Assembly: GCA_008632985.1 (NCBI GenBank)
Contig: QPGO01000272.1
Location: 1-64,000, forward strand
Length of the DNA stretch: 64,000 nucleotides
From: Psammoneis japonica
Taxonomy: Eukaryota
Direction of reading: 5' to 3'
Below the pieces are notes generated by a model, which was not told where the DNA came from, did no database searches, and was given only the letters and a program-made list of their open reading frames with translations. The position numbers were made by a program, and so were the translations under genes. Of the stretch, positions 49,601 through 62,699 are shown one piece after another. The number at the start of each line of letters is the position of its first letter. The stretch's first letter is position 1.

Positions 49601-52600
49601 ACCGACGTGAGCTGGGTGACGTTGTAGAAATGGTCAATGGGTGGCAAGAAACGTCTGCTCCAGCAGGAAAGACCGCAAAGGCTCGCCAGCGCAGCTCTTG
49701 TCATCTTGCAGCATCGAGGCGAGCTCTTCAATGCATTGACATGGTCTTTCGTCAAACAAGCTCTCCAAAACGGAACAAAGACGTGGGGAACAAGAAAGCA
49801 AAGACGAAGCATCCAAGTGTGAAGCGAGAGCAATCTCTTGTCTGTGAAATGCCAGTGCTCCTTGGTGCTGGCAGAGTGAGCGAAGGGCAAAAGATGACAG
49901 ATCGCACCATCTGGAACACTCTCGCACAAACTGCCACCGACTTGAAGAACCCAAAGAAGCAGCAAAACGAGTGCAGTGATCCGAAACCGGATCTCATTGG
50001 TGCTGCCGCAACTGAAGCGTTGTCGCCAGAGGAGCAGAAAGAGAGTGAGAAACCTGTTGATGAAACCAACTGCATCGAGGACGACGAGGCTTGCTTGGAT
50101 GGCAGCAAAGAAAACGGCACGAGCAATGGTGGCATTGGTGATGCATGTGTCGTCATTGACCATGACGGGAAAGGCGATCCAGATGATGGAGAAAACCTTG
50201 CTGATGAGTTCGAGAAGAGTGACGGAGACATCGAGAAATCTGATTGTGAAATGGAAGTTCTTGTTTCAGGATTGCAATCAAGTGCAGGATCTGGCACTGT
50301 AGAGGAGCCAGATGCTGATGGTGTGTCCAATGAAGCCGCAGAAGAAATGAAAGCAGACGGGCCTCTGGAAACAACGGAGGAAACGACCAAGGACATTGCA
50401 GAGAGCGGAGCCACCGAGACCCTGGAAGAGACAGAAGGGGACATTGAATCGGAATTGCTGGTGAGCGAATCATCAGCAATGGTTCCACACAACAAGACAA
50501 CCATGAAATCTTCAAACTCACCGTTGAGTTTGAAGCCAGGATCAACAATCACGACAAAAAGCGGCAGAAAGATCCGGCTTCCGAAGAAGCTACATCCCTT
50601 GCACAAGAAGGCCTTGGCAGACGTCCACAGCAATGGCACTGAAAACATGAGGCGAATGGACCTGTTGGCTGTTCGGAAGAGTGCTGATTGCAGAGGAAGG
50701 CGACAGCGTCAAGTCGAAAAGAAGCTCTGCCATCACAAGGGAACGTCGTCGTCGCTGTCAACAGAGATTGCTCTGATCCGCAAGGACGCATCCGCTGCAT
50801 TGTCGCCCAATCATCACCTGTCTCAACAACTGTCTTTTGAAAGGGCAGATTGGACACATTTGGACTCATCCATTGATCAAGAGATGATGTCGGCATGGGG
50901 GCACGAGCCGCATGCATTCCAGCGTGATGCCGTTGGAAAAATCGTGCGAGTGCATCTGCCGTCCAACCACGGCCAACGCCTCACAGTTGGCACTGCCACA
51001 GTTGTCCAGCCAACGTCTGGTGGAAAATCGGCAGTTGTTCAATGCACTGGAAGCATTCTCAGGGGCGCAACACTGACAGTCGTGCCACTTCTTTCTGTTG
51101 GTGCTGATCAAGAGGCAAAGACAACCAACCAAGTAGAGGAAATCAATCGGATTGGAAGACGGACAGGATCAATCGTTGCGGCTCATCTTGATGAAGTGAA
51201 GCAGCCTTCCACAAAGTCGTCAATCACTTCGGCCCTCCTGGGACTGTCCCGCACAACAACCGTGTTCGTTTTTGCGTTGCCGCAGGCAATGCTGAAAGAA
51301 GAATGGCAATCTGCACTGAAAGAGATTGTAAAACGAAAACAGCTGAGATTGGTTGCCTTTGATGAGGTGCATCTGCACGCAAACTTTGGACTTGCCTTTC
51401 GTCGTGATTTTGCCAAGTTGAAAAACACATTGTTCCAATGGATGTGCAACGGGACGCAGCCGAACGGAAGCAGGGAGCTGCGAGCACCCATGCTGATCAT
51501 GACGGCCACGTGGGATCTCGATCTGGTGAAGATGTTTCCATCGATGACATCAGTTTCCCTTGATGAGAGCCTGTGCATTTGGGCTGACACAAGAGACATG
51601 CAAAGACGCCAGCTGAGAATGAGAACGGTTGCAGCACAGAAGAAGGGAAACAAGTTGAAGGATCGGTGCCGAAATCTTCTTGAGAAAAACACGAAAGAAA
51701 AGGCTGTCACATGTGGCAACTCTCGCAAGGCTGTCACAACGATCACCGGTGGCCTCAATGATTTTCTAGATCACGAGAACATGCCAGGGGATGCGGTCAA
51801 AATCAATGGGGAGCTGTTTCCGGAACAGAAATTCTTCTGTGCCCATCTCTTTACAGAATCTCATGCCAACACAGGAGACACAGATGAAGAGGATTGCAAT
51901 CCTCGGATTTTGATTGCAGCCGCTGGCACAGCAGGGGCCGGCCTTGATTCTTCAGATGTTCACTTGGTGCTTTGCGATGGCATCCCGACGTCAATTCTTG
52001 ATTTCATGCAGGAGCTCAGACGAGCAGGACGCAGAAAGAATGCAACCCCAGATGCGGGCGAGTTTGTGACCATGTTCTTGTTGCATGACTGCCTGCATCT
52101 GTTGCGACGAATCCACGAGAATGATTGCGGCAAAGAGGAATCAAGAGACGGCGGTGAGGACATTCTTCTGACGAAAGAAGTCATCAACATGGAAGTCAGA
52201 CGACTCAATGAACTCACCTCACGTCTTTGTCTCCGCTGCGATTGTCTCAACGCAGAGCTCGAAAGGCACAGCAGCAACCCTTTTGACAACAACATCAATG
52301 AGAAAATCGAGCCATGTGGGAATGCATGTCCTCACTGTACAAACGATTTTGGGAGCATGTTTCCGCCAGTGAAACAAGACGGAGTTGTCAAATTCCTTGT
52401 CCAAAATGTGGCTCGGAACACTCAAGGGGATCATGCCGCAACTGAACTTGTCACCCTGTCATCACAGTGCAAGGATGTTGGACAAACAGTGCACTCCAGA
52501 CCACGAAGCAACAAGAGCCCTGACTCTACAATGGTGGGACTCACCGTCCTTCAATGGACAGCATCCGGTGTCTTGGATGCGTGCGTGAAGAAGGGGGCGG

Positions 52601-52731
52601 ACGGCAGATACGAAGTGTTCGTGAGAGCAGGATGTGATGACAATGCACAATTTCACTTCAATGATGACTCACATTGGAACAGAATCACAACGGCACAATG
52701 TCCCGCGTTGAACCAATTCTGGGTCAAATGA
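46675..52731 (+). pseudogene. Giant single-frame ORF (one in-frame TGA at 48433-48435): DUF6589-like putative DDE transposase followed by a RecQ-like SF2 helicase
   Basis: FAFDNSQ, YVVGDSLS, PAPGDLHVEFH, DVVEMVN. Helicase motifs AFQRDAV, QPTSGGKS, VVPLLSV, FDEVH, FGLAFRRDF, MTAT, AGAGLD, QELRRAGR, CGNACPHC. Confidence 0.7.
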
Positions 52732-55369
52732 AACGCAACCAGCGTGTTCAATCCACAGAGCTTGTCGTCGATGCCGCCAACCATGGCATTGTCATCCAGA
52801 TCTGCCCACACCAATCACACCATGGCAAGTCCCATCATTCCCACAACACACTTTGTGACAGGCAATCGTTGAGAGTCCGCACTGCTGTCCAGCGGTCCAT
52901 GCACCAAACCTCGAATTGCTTCTGTGCACAATCTGGATGGCTTTGAAGGATCGCATCGGTGCACTGTTTTTTTGGTGCCCCCCACCCCTGTCTCAACAAT
53001 TGAGGGAGCAGAACATCATCAGCTCTGGTTGATGTAGCCACAGAAACCCTCTGAGAGATCAATTGCTGACCCAAAGTTTCGCCGCGCGGCGCACCGGTGG
53101 CAAATCTGCTTGCTCCGTGAGACAAGACAATTGTCCACAATAAAATCCTCACACTTCATGAAGTGGATGCATCCACAGCATTTTCTTGCATGACACAGAG
53201 TGAGCCACATGTTGCCTTTAGGGGGAAACAAACAATGAATGAGAAATTTGGCATGAACGCTGTCGCAAGAACCATTGTCATCACCAGACTCGCCGAATCT
53301 CACCAACTCAATGTTTTGGAACAACCGATGAATTCCCCTCAAACCAGTGGCACAGTGTTCTCATGTGCAACTTGCAGCAAAGGTGTGTGCCCCTGCTTTC
53401 TAAGGAAGAGGGAGAGCACAGTCAGAATGGCCCATCAGGTGAACATCATCAATGAACCGCGGTGTTTGTGTGGTGCGATTTGCGTTCTGAGCAGCGAAAT
53501 GGCTTGACAGTGCGTAGAGTTGTCGCGGTGTAGGGGCCTCTACGCAAATTCAGTTCCAGGGTATTTCATATATAATCATGTTGATAAATTATCTTCGTAT
53601 GTGTGTCTAATGTGACGAAGATAAGATACGAGCACGCCCAACTCCTTTTTCACATTCACCCCTCGGCGTAATTCACACGGCCAAATGTTTGCGTAGAGGC
53701 CCTTGCTCAGGGGTGGTCGGACTGCGATGACTGATGAATCATCTATGGCTCCAACTTCGTACTGAAAGACCCCATCATAAAATATATACAACATGAATAT
53801 TTAAGATAAATTTTCTGCCGACTAAGAAATAATCGGCTTCATTCGCTCTCGCCACTCGGCGCTGTCATCACAATCAACCCGAAACATCAATGCAACGATA
53901 TAAGGAGAAGATGATGAGCAACGGGCACCGAGAGACTAAAACGCCACCGTAGTTAACACGGTAGTAACAAGGTAAGTGTAGGTAGAAGAGGATTATTTTT
54001 TCTTCAGTGCCACACATTAAATGTCAGTGGACGCACAGAGGACGAAATTTTTTAGAAGAACTTGTTTGTATTGATGCCAATCCTGCTGCTGACACTCCTT
54101 CCGTTTAACCCCTCGTATTGTTCCAGGAGAATAGTTTTTAACATAGCAGTATTTCTCCTGGTTGGAGCCCTTGGGTATGGAGCTCAAGATCAACTCTGAA
54201 CTCGAAATGCTTCTTCTCGTCAAGCTTGAACAGTTGGCCTTGTCGTTTGCTCGTTGAGTTTGTTGAGAAACGAGTACGTGGCCCAGATCAAATCCATCCA
54301 GCACAACTTGCGACAAACCAAACGCGACATAGGGTGGAGAGTAGCATTCTCGAAGTACGACTGTACCAAGTGACGAGCGGCCTGTGCCACACAGTGCTTT
54401 TGATGCTCTAGTTTGTTCTCAAGCTTCCAACATTTGGAACCTTACAGTACGGCATCAAGCAAGATGCAACCATAAACCCCGTCCACCCTTAGACGGTTCT
54501 ACAACCAGATAAACCAAACTGAAGTAATGCAAACAATGCTAACATTCCATTGTGACAAAACTCATTATAGTCTTAACTAGCAACTGGTAAAAAATTCAGT
54601 TCTTACTCCTTATTGTCACCCACTTCAGCCGCCCCGGAGGAGGTGCACTTCTTGGCGGCACGTTCAGGAGAACCTTGTCCATAGGGGCCATGCCATTGGC
54701 CGAAACGTGAATTTGCTCTTCACTCAACGTGAGCACATTGTTGAAAGAGGGCACGCAGCAAAGTTCATGTTTTGACAGCGCACTGCAAAACGTTCCCACT
54801 TTACATGATGATAGAGAGTTACAAAGGTGAAAAAAAACGTCAAATCGAATACGTCGGAGCCTATATTCTATCTTCCTTCCATCGATCTTGCATGGCATCA
54901 TCGTTTGACGCGTCGACGAAGGCGTGAAGGCATCACTGTAAATCGTCATTTCTTCGTCAATTCGGTTCAGTAGCTCGACAAATTACTATAATTTGACGTG
55001 TCTTAGTATGCTTGATTCGTTTTTGATGATTTGTCGAGCTACTGAGACGTCGTTGTTGAGCAGGTCGCAGCGGAACGATGTTTCGCCATTGTCGCGATGC
55101 GCAAACAACACGAAGAAGCACGCGCCGAGGCAACCAAAAACGGAGCAGTCCAACTAGTCAAGTCTTTGCGAACACCCAAATTTATATGTTATTTAGTCTT
55201 TGATAAAATTTATGTTTGAGGTCTTTCTACGGGAAGTTGGAGCCATACCGGTAGAATCAATCTGTCATGTCATGCAAGTGCATGGATAGAGAGCGAACGC
55301 AACGCTTACTAGCAACCAACGAAAAGAGGTGGAAGTTCATCTAAAACTGAACGACTGTCTCTCGACACC

Positions 55370-57468
55370 ATGGCGCGAGTAACGAACAAGACGAGGAGAA
55401 GTTGAGATTTTGCCATGGATGTTGCCAAACGTTCCGGAAACTTACCTGAAAAAAAACACCTTGTTTGTAGGGAAAGTGCCGTGTTTGTAGTTGGTGAACC
55501 TATCCGGTAACCTAACCGGCCGATGGTGTGGTGGATGCCATTCTGCGGAAGGCGCAAGTTGGGGAGTGGGGAGCACAATGTCACGTGTCAGGATGTGAAA
55601 CGAGAAGAGGAAGAGCACTTACATCAGAAGTGGAAAAGAGCAAGAAGCAAGAACCATTTCCAGGCATTTCTTTTGCTCTAGCACTTTGCTTGTTGAATCC
55701 GAGAAACGCGAGAGTCACAAGAGCAGCACCAAAAGGCAACTAGAAACAAGAATCGGACGACTACATGGTGGTACTCGAGAAACGCTATCAGGACACGGCT
55801 CGAAAGATTGAAGCGTGGCAAGAATTGGAAACCAAAGAGTGCGCTGCTGCCGCCGCTGAAGTTTTAGACGCTTCTACTCCAATCGATATTGAGGGAATCA
55901 AGCATCTTTCATCCAAGAATTTTTTGGTGTGGAAGAAGACACACGGTCGATGGAGGTGTTTATGAAGCTGCATCGCGGCGAGGCTTTGAAAAGGTTTTAG
56001 AAGAGTCCAACATCCGAGACATGTTTCCAGACTTGACGGTACGCTTCTTTCAGAATGGAGTCGCGTTTGGACGGGATTTGGTATCGGAACGACTGTCTTT
56101 GAATGCTCCCACATTTGTTGGAATAATTACAGGCTCGGCACTCGTTATGGGGTGCCGAGCGACAGTGACAATCAAAGATATCATTGTCGATGCCAATGTT
56201 GATGGGGTGTCGCCATGGAAACAAGTTGCAGGGACTTGGTGTACAGAAAGCATATTATGAAATGAGCAGGTATGTCTATCACAAAAAGCACGCCACGGAT
56301 ATCGTCAATTACGCCAATGGAAAATACAGCAAGACTCAAATCGATTCAAACGGGATGGAACTCCCATTACTAGAGAGTGATTCTCGCCGGATACTCTCTT
56401 GGTGGAGGGTTAGCTCAAGTTGCACACCTTTGCACGAGAGCTCCGCCGGATCATCGTGGATCCTTTTGGACTAAACTTGTCGGAGCGTTGAAGGACGTCG
56501 ATATCATAGCCATTGCAATCTCTGCGCTCGTGACGACAGTCTTGGACAAGCCTTCCGAGGATGCTTTAAGCTTTTTACATGACTCGATTGAACCTTATAT
56601 GCGCAACGTTGTGTTTAATGCTGACGTTGTACCAAGAGGATACTCGGATGTTGAGTTTCTTGATTACTTTTTGAATGCCTTCCTGGACGATGCAACCAAG
56701 GCGTCGTCTGACGTTGCTTCCGATCAGTTTGCCAGGTCCTTCGTCAATTTGCATTTGAGTTTCGTCAATTACGTCAACGGAAAGTACAGCAAGACCCAAA
56801 TCGATTCAAATGGGATGGAACTCCCATTACTAGAGATTGATTCTCGCCGGATACTCTCTTGGTGGAGGGTTAGCTCAAGTTGCACACCTTTGTACGAGAG
56901 CTCCGCCGGATCATCGTGGATCCTTTTGGACTAAACTTGTCGGAGCGTTGAAGGACGTCGATGTCATAGCCATTGCAATCTCTGCGCTCGTGACGACAGT
57001 CTTGGACAAGCCTTCCGAGGATACTTTAAGCTTTTTACATGACTCGATTGAACCTTATATGCGCAACTTTGTGTTTAATGCTCTGACGTTGTACCAAGAG
57101 GATACTCGGATGTTGAGTTTATTGATGACTTTTTGAATGCCTTCCTGGACGATGCAACCAAGGCGTCGTCTGACGTTGCCGATCAGTTTGCCAGGTCCTT
57201 TGTCAATTTGCATTTGAGTTTCTTTACAATGAGAGGAATGGTGTAACAAGCCAAGCTCTGTCGACATGTCGGTAAGCTCATTTATTACGACAAACCGGTC
57301 TCTGTGCCGGTCTTGTATGTGGATAGTTCAAAGGAAGCGGATGAGGAGCGGTTCTGAAGCTTAAGATATGGTCCCAAAACCAAGGTGGCAGATGCCGCCT
57401 TGGAAAATTACATGGTGTTGGTCTCTGGACCGCGACTTGCAGCAAGCCCGGCTACGTCTGCGAAATAA
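55370..57468 (+). pseudogene. Class 3 lipase-like gene, copy 3, with an internal ~460-bp tandem duplication (56302-56761 / 56762-~57220)
   Basis: GYSLGGGLAQ segment present twice; in-frame stops and frameshifts. Confidence 0.78.
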
Positions 57469-58769
57469 ATCAGAAGCGTAATGTTGCATCCGACAGTTAG
57501 TAGAGGGAGGGTATTCATTTTGCTTCTACCGGTCCCTTGGGAAATGCAGTCAACAAGAGCTTTTCCCAGGACTGCGACTCATGGAGGAAATGAATAAGTC
57601 TTCGTGCCGTTTAGCTCAGGACCATGCAAAAACGAGACCACGACGTACAAAAGGCATCGATTTGCGCAGGAGAGCAACGAGAGACAACGTCTCGAGGAGG
57701 AAGCGGAACGACGAATGCCCAAGCGGGAAGATTCAATCCGTGATGAACTTGAATTGGCGAAAGTCAAGTCTTCTTTGGACAACAAAACACGACATCGTCG
57801 TGTAGAGCTCTCTGCGGCTACGTGGAATCCATCAAAGCAAGATTGAACTTAGTGGCTTTTTCCATAGCACTGTTTGTCCTGGACGAGACGACGAGTTAGG
57901 ACACCCTTCTGCAGCAAAGTAGATAGACTACACGAAGACCTAGTGGATGTGGTGGAGATTGCAAGGGAGACTTCTCATGCAGGATTGAAAGTAAGTGGCC
58001 GCTCTTCTCAAAATGAGCTGCACATCCATGAAAAAACAGTTGAGGCGAAGCTTTGACTCGTCGACGCCCTAAAAGAAAAATGGTTCCAGGCGAAACCGTG
58101 GCAAAAAAAGTAGAGGCGTAGCTTTGACTCGACGGCGCCCACAAAGAAAAATGGTTTCAGTCGAAACCTTATTTGGTTCAATGAAGTGGTGTCATTCCCG
58201 TTGATGAAGAGGACAATGGCTTTCTGTCGACAAGCGACGACCACTGGGCAGATTGGATGACTCCACACATCTACGGAAATGGCCAACTTGGGAGAAGCCA
58301 CCGAATGGCTTCACGATTTTGTCGTCGACAGTTGAGCTGCCGGCAGACACTTCGCCTCTGTAGATGCAACAAGGGGTGAGCCCGGCATCAAAGTTCGAAG
58401 AGCGATCCAACAGGACGCTCCGACGCCACAGCAGGAAAACAACATTGAAGAAGGGCACATGAACGACAATGGCATGCCCAATGCCACTCCCGCCATCGAC
58501 AGTGCTAGAACTCGGTTTCCGTGATTGGTTCATCGAAAGGATAAACGGTTTGTCCTTTCGGGGTGTTAAATCCGTGCCATTGACAGTGCGCGGCTTGGCA
58601 GACAGCGTTGAGCAAAAAGACTCATTTCGTTTTCAATTCAAAGATGCAGAACATTGACTTTAGTTGCCACTTCTCAATGTCAGGCAATGCTCTCAAAGCC
58701 AGCATGTCAAATACGAGTGTGATTATTTTGCCACATCACGAAGACCAACACAGAGGCAAGCAGAGTCGA

Positions 58770-60470
58770 AAATGCAATTTTTGCTCATGTGGGAGTGTGC
58801 AAGGCTCAGAAGATGTCGCCGTTGTGCTGTTGCTCCTTGAAATCACCAGAGAGCTTGTGCTCCTCACAGCAACACACATGCAACTCATTGTCTTTGCCGA
58901 TGAGCTTTTCGCCCCAGGCACAAAGGTGCCAGTGGATTTGCTTTTTGCAATCCTCTTTGTGGCATTCGTGAGGCAGGTGTCCCGGAAACGGATGCTTGCA
59001 GTGCTCACGCAAGCAACAAAAAGAAGGGAGCGTCTCATCCTCCGTTGGCGGTGCGTCTTCCTCCTCATCACTTCTGGGACACACGGCATTTTGTCGCATT
59101 TGGCAACATTTTCTTAAAAATGAATTGATGGTTTGTCGTGAAAAGACGCGAATTGCGACAAAATGTCTGGGTTGGCGACAAACGGGACAGAAACATTGTT
59201 CAACCAAGTTGCAAAATGATCAATGTCATCATTTGCAAACAACCTGAATGTTTGGCGATGTCGTTTCAACAAGTGGGGCAATTGACAGAATTTGGCGATC
59301 GACGTCATCGACGAAAATTCATCCGACAAAATTTGTCGTGTGCCACAAAATTTGTCGCACCTGACAAATTTTGTTGGATGTCCGACAAATTTTGTCGGCA
59401 TGCGACACGACATGACACGACAAGACAAGACACGACAAGACACGACAAGATGCGGCGCGACACGACGACTCACGAATGAAACACCCACGCCCCCCGCACA
59501 CGCCAACCGACCGCTGACGTCTCCGTTGACACTGCCGGTGTGTCTCTTTTGCACGATGATGCAAAGCAACGATCATGCTGCTCTCGGCGGTCTCCATGCT
59601 CTCGTCAATGCTGGGACAACATCGCACGCTTCTACATGGTGCAACGGAATGTGCCGGCATGCGTTGTTGCGCTGCACCTTTTGTCAGTGCGACTGGGCAC
59701 TTCTGAATGTTGGGGAGCATTGCGTCATCGGCATGTCGCAAACGTCCATCTGTCGGCGTTTGTCGGCTCTTGTCGGTGTTTGTCGCACGTTGTCGGGGTT
59801 TGTCGGATGCGACAAAATTTGTCGTGCATCCGACAAAATTTGTCGCACGTCCGACAAAATTTGTTGCATCTGACAAAATTTGTCCTGTCCGACAAAATTT
59901 GTCGCACGTGCGACAAAATCGCCAAAACATCAGTTGATGAGTGCAGTCTTCGCCGAAAGCCAAACTCATCATGTGGCGCTGCAGTTGACACAACGTCTGT
60001 GTTTGGGACACGCCATCGCCAATTAAATGATGATTTTGTCTTGTTTGTCGCCAACGGCCAAAATTTGTCTCAAAGGGCGTTTTTCACGACAAATCGTCCA
60101 GCTCATTTGTGGGAATGTCGCAATTGGCGACAAAATGCCGTGTGTCCCTGCCCTGGTCCACCATGACCCAACCGCAGGGTCGCTGCCGTCAGTGCGTGCT
60201 GGTTCGAGCGGCATTGCCGGTGCAGGTGTCGCCGACGTGGAAGTTTCGTCCAGAAACGCAAGCAAGTCATTTGAAACGGCACCCGTCAGTGCGGAAGGAT
60301 CGCCAGTGAGTTGCGCCGCCGTAAACTCGGAAGATGATGCCACCTTGAATCTGTGTGGAGTTCAATTGAGAAACGGAACATAAAATGTGAGTCAGCACAC
60401 AAGTGGACAGAACGCCACCAAGCGCCACACGGTGTGCATGCTAAAGTGCAACATGACAGCATGCACTCAC
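58770..60470 (-). pseudogene. Coiled-coil/Zn-finger gene, copy 3, disrupted by a MITE and TpA-mutated
   Basis: Colinear with 23600-24445 on both sides of the 59077-60147 insertion. Confidence 0.75.
59077..60147. mobile_element. ~1.07-kb non-autonomous TIR element, PIF/Harbinger-like
   Basis: TIR GGACACACGGCATTTTGTCGC / GCGACAAAATGCCGTGTGTCC; 3-bp TSD CTG; empty site visible in copy 1 (~23908 TTCTGGCCTGGTCCACC); internal arrays of the palindromic CGACAAAATTTGTCG motif. Confidence 0.85.
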
Positions 60471-60764
60471 CCGCAACTGCAGCGACCCTCACTTCTCACT
60501 TGCTCTCTGGTGTGAAAATGACAGCAGTTGTCAGGAGCACGTCATCAGTTGTGGGTGCTGCAGCAACAGATTCAGCAGATTTGGCTGCAAAGCCAGTCTC
60601 CCGTTGGTGTTTTGCTTCTTCGCAGGGCGCCGGCAAGCGATGAGCGCCAGCCACATGCACAATCCTGCAAACAACTGGCGAGAGCAAGCAACAGCTGAAG
60701 CCAACCGTCACCGGCCGAGGACATTTTTGATCGGCTGAAGGACAAGTCTCAAGGCGCCAACCAT

Positions 60765-61000
60765 CTGCTGCAAACTTTTCGAGGACAACTCGGCTGCACT
60801 CGCAATCGTGAAGGTGCGCCTGAGATGCATCCAAGAACGCGTCACATCGACAATGTCTGTCACCATTTTTGCTCTGAAGTTGCCAACAGAAGCCTGCTGA
60901 TTGAGGCTGTTGGCTCCAAACTCCAGCAAGTGGACTTCCCAATGAAAATGCCGGACCTGTCGTTGTTCATCCACCGTTGCCTGTCTGTGCAGGGATGGCA
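60765..61000 (+). mobile_element. Fragment of a second copia lineage (RNase H C-terminus)
   Basis: CKLFEDNSAALAI...MHPRTRHID..CHHF.SEV...QGW matches the copia FEDN...RTKHI..YHHFR motif. Confidence 0.7.
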
Positions 61001-62699
61001 ACAACTCGGACATTTTGGCGTGTGAGAATGTGTGCACTCCCGTGGTGTGCATCATCATGCCACCAAGTCCTGTGTGCCACAATGACCCTTCAGAAACTGC
61101 CATCAACTGCCATCAACAACTCGCCCAATCAGAGATCAAGAAATGAATGAGATCGGAGGTCTGGGGTGCAATCGAGAACAGAGCCTCACCTCCATTCTTC
61201 TTTTGTGCAATCATCAAGAACTTTTTGTTCTGGGTGAGTCTTCACACCATGTTCATCTGTGTTGAGTTTGGCACAAATCACTTCTTGTTCTCTGCAAATT
61301 CTTGTTGGTTTCCAAGTGGAGTGGTTTTTGTTCTCACAATTTGGTGACTGGTCAATTCGCAACTCCCAGGTTGTCCACTTTGCCATTTCCATCTCTGCGG
61401 TGCAAACTGATGCATTCCCACACAAGAAATGCCATCAAGCTGGGAGTGATGGAGAACATCATTTTGCCATCATTCCACAAAAGGAAACTGTGGAACAGCA
61501 CAGCTGATGAGTGCAATGATGGCGGGAATGTGGCCAGAGAGCAGTGCCTCATTTCCAGAAATCTGCAAGATTGGCTGAAAAGAAACAAAAAAAAGAGATG
61601 CGCGCGCATTTGAGTCTCAAGCTCAAATGAGATTCTGGACAAAAAAGCGCAGCTCAGACAAAACATAAACTGCAGCACACATTGGATGCCAGACAGAGTT
61701 CCAGTCCATCAGAGTGTAAACTGGGCAGACACGCTGCACGTGCAACTGCAGTCAAAATCGAGCCAAAGCAGATCACCTCTTTGTCATTTTTGGGTCGATT
61801 GATTGAGTTCCCAGAAATTGCATCCCAGCACCAACCACCATCTTGGGGTGGATTGGATGGCTTTTTCAAGTGTCACCTCAAGATTTTGCAAAGTTCGCTC
61901 CCTTGCTGAACTTCATGTTGGTCCCACCTTTGTTGCAACAGAGCTTGTTTGCACAACACACAGTGGTTTCATTTTGTGGAAGCTGAAATTTTTGTGTGAG
62001 CATTTGTCAGCTGCTGTGCCACAGTTGTCAGTGGCACATCATTGCAACAGGCAGAGGCTGGGTGTCGGGAATCCAAATGTGCATTGACGTGCAATGCTGT
62101 CTTTGCATGCCAGGCACCCTGCCCGGTGATTGGCTGCAGGGCGCTTTGCTGTCCCCGTCCCCGGGTGCGAATGCACGCGCGGTTGTTGTCCCGGCATCTG
62201 AGATTGACGGTGCAGCTTGCTGAGCACTGGCTGCATCTGCTGGTCTAAAATGACTGCCAGTGTGGTGCACAAATGAAGTTGTTTGTGAGCTTCACTGCTG
62301 GTGGCAAGACACATCACAATGCTGCATGATCTGCCCTCTCCAGATTTTCTTTTTTCTGGTGCTTTTCCACATTTGTGAGCACATTTTTTCATCATGAGCA
62401 CGCAATGGCATTCAAGTGGGATGTGGCACCACAACCGTGTGACAGTGATGGTGCTTTGGCTGTCTTGATGCCAGATGTTGAGGTTGTCTGGGAGCAGGTG
62501 GTCAACATTTGGTCCAGGAATTTGGAGCGCAGCTCAAGCAGGGCTCATTTGGAGTGTGGTGCAAAGGGGCAGACCAGCACCATCCTCCTCCCACTGGGGG
62601 TGCCTGGAGCTGATCTAAGACAAAGGGATGCATGATCCCCTCAGGCAATGATGAGTTGCCTGTGACTCTCAGCATGGCTTTTGCCATTTGTCAGCCAGC

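Noticed and set aside
59320..59920. Short palindromic repeats (CGACAAAATTTGTCG) resembling a CRISPR array
   Set aside because: No unique spacers of CRISPR length and no cas genes; they lie inside a TIR element with a TSD in eukaryotic DNA
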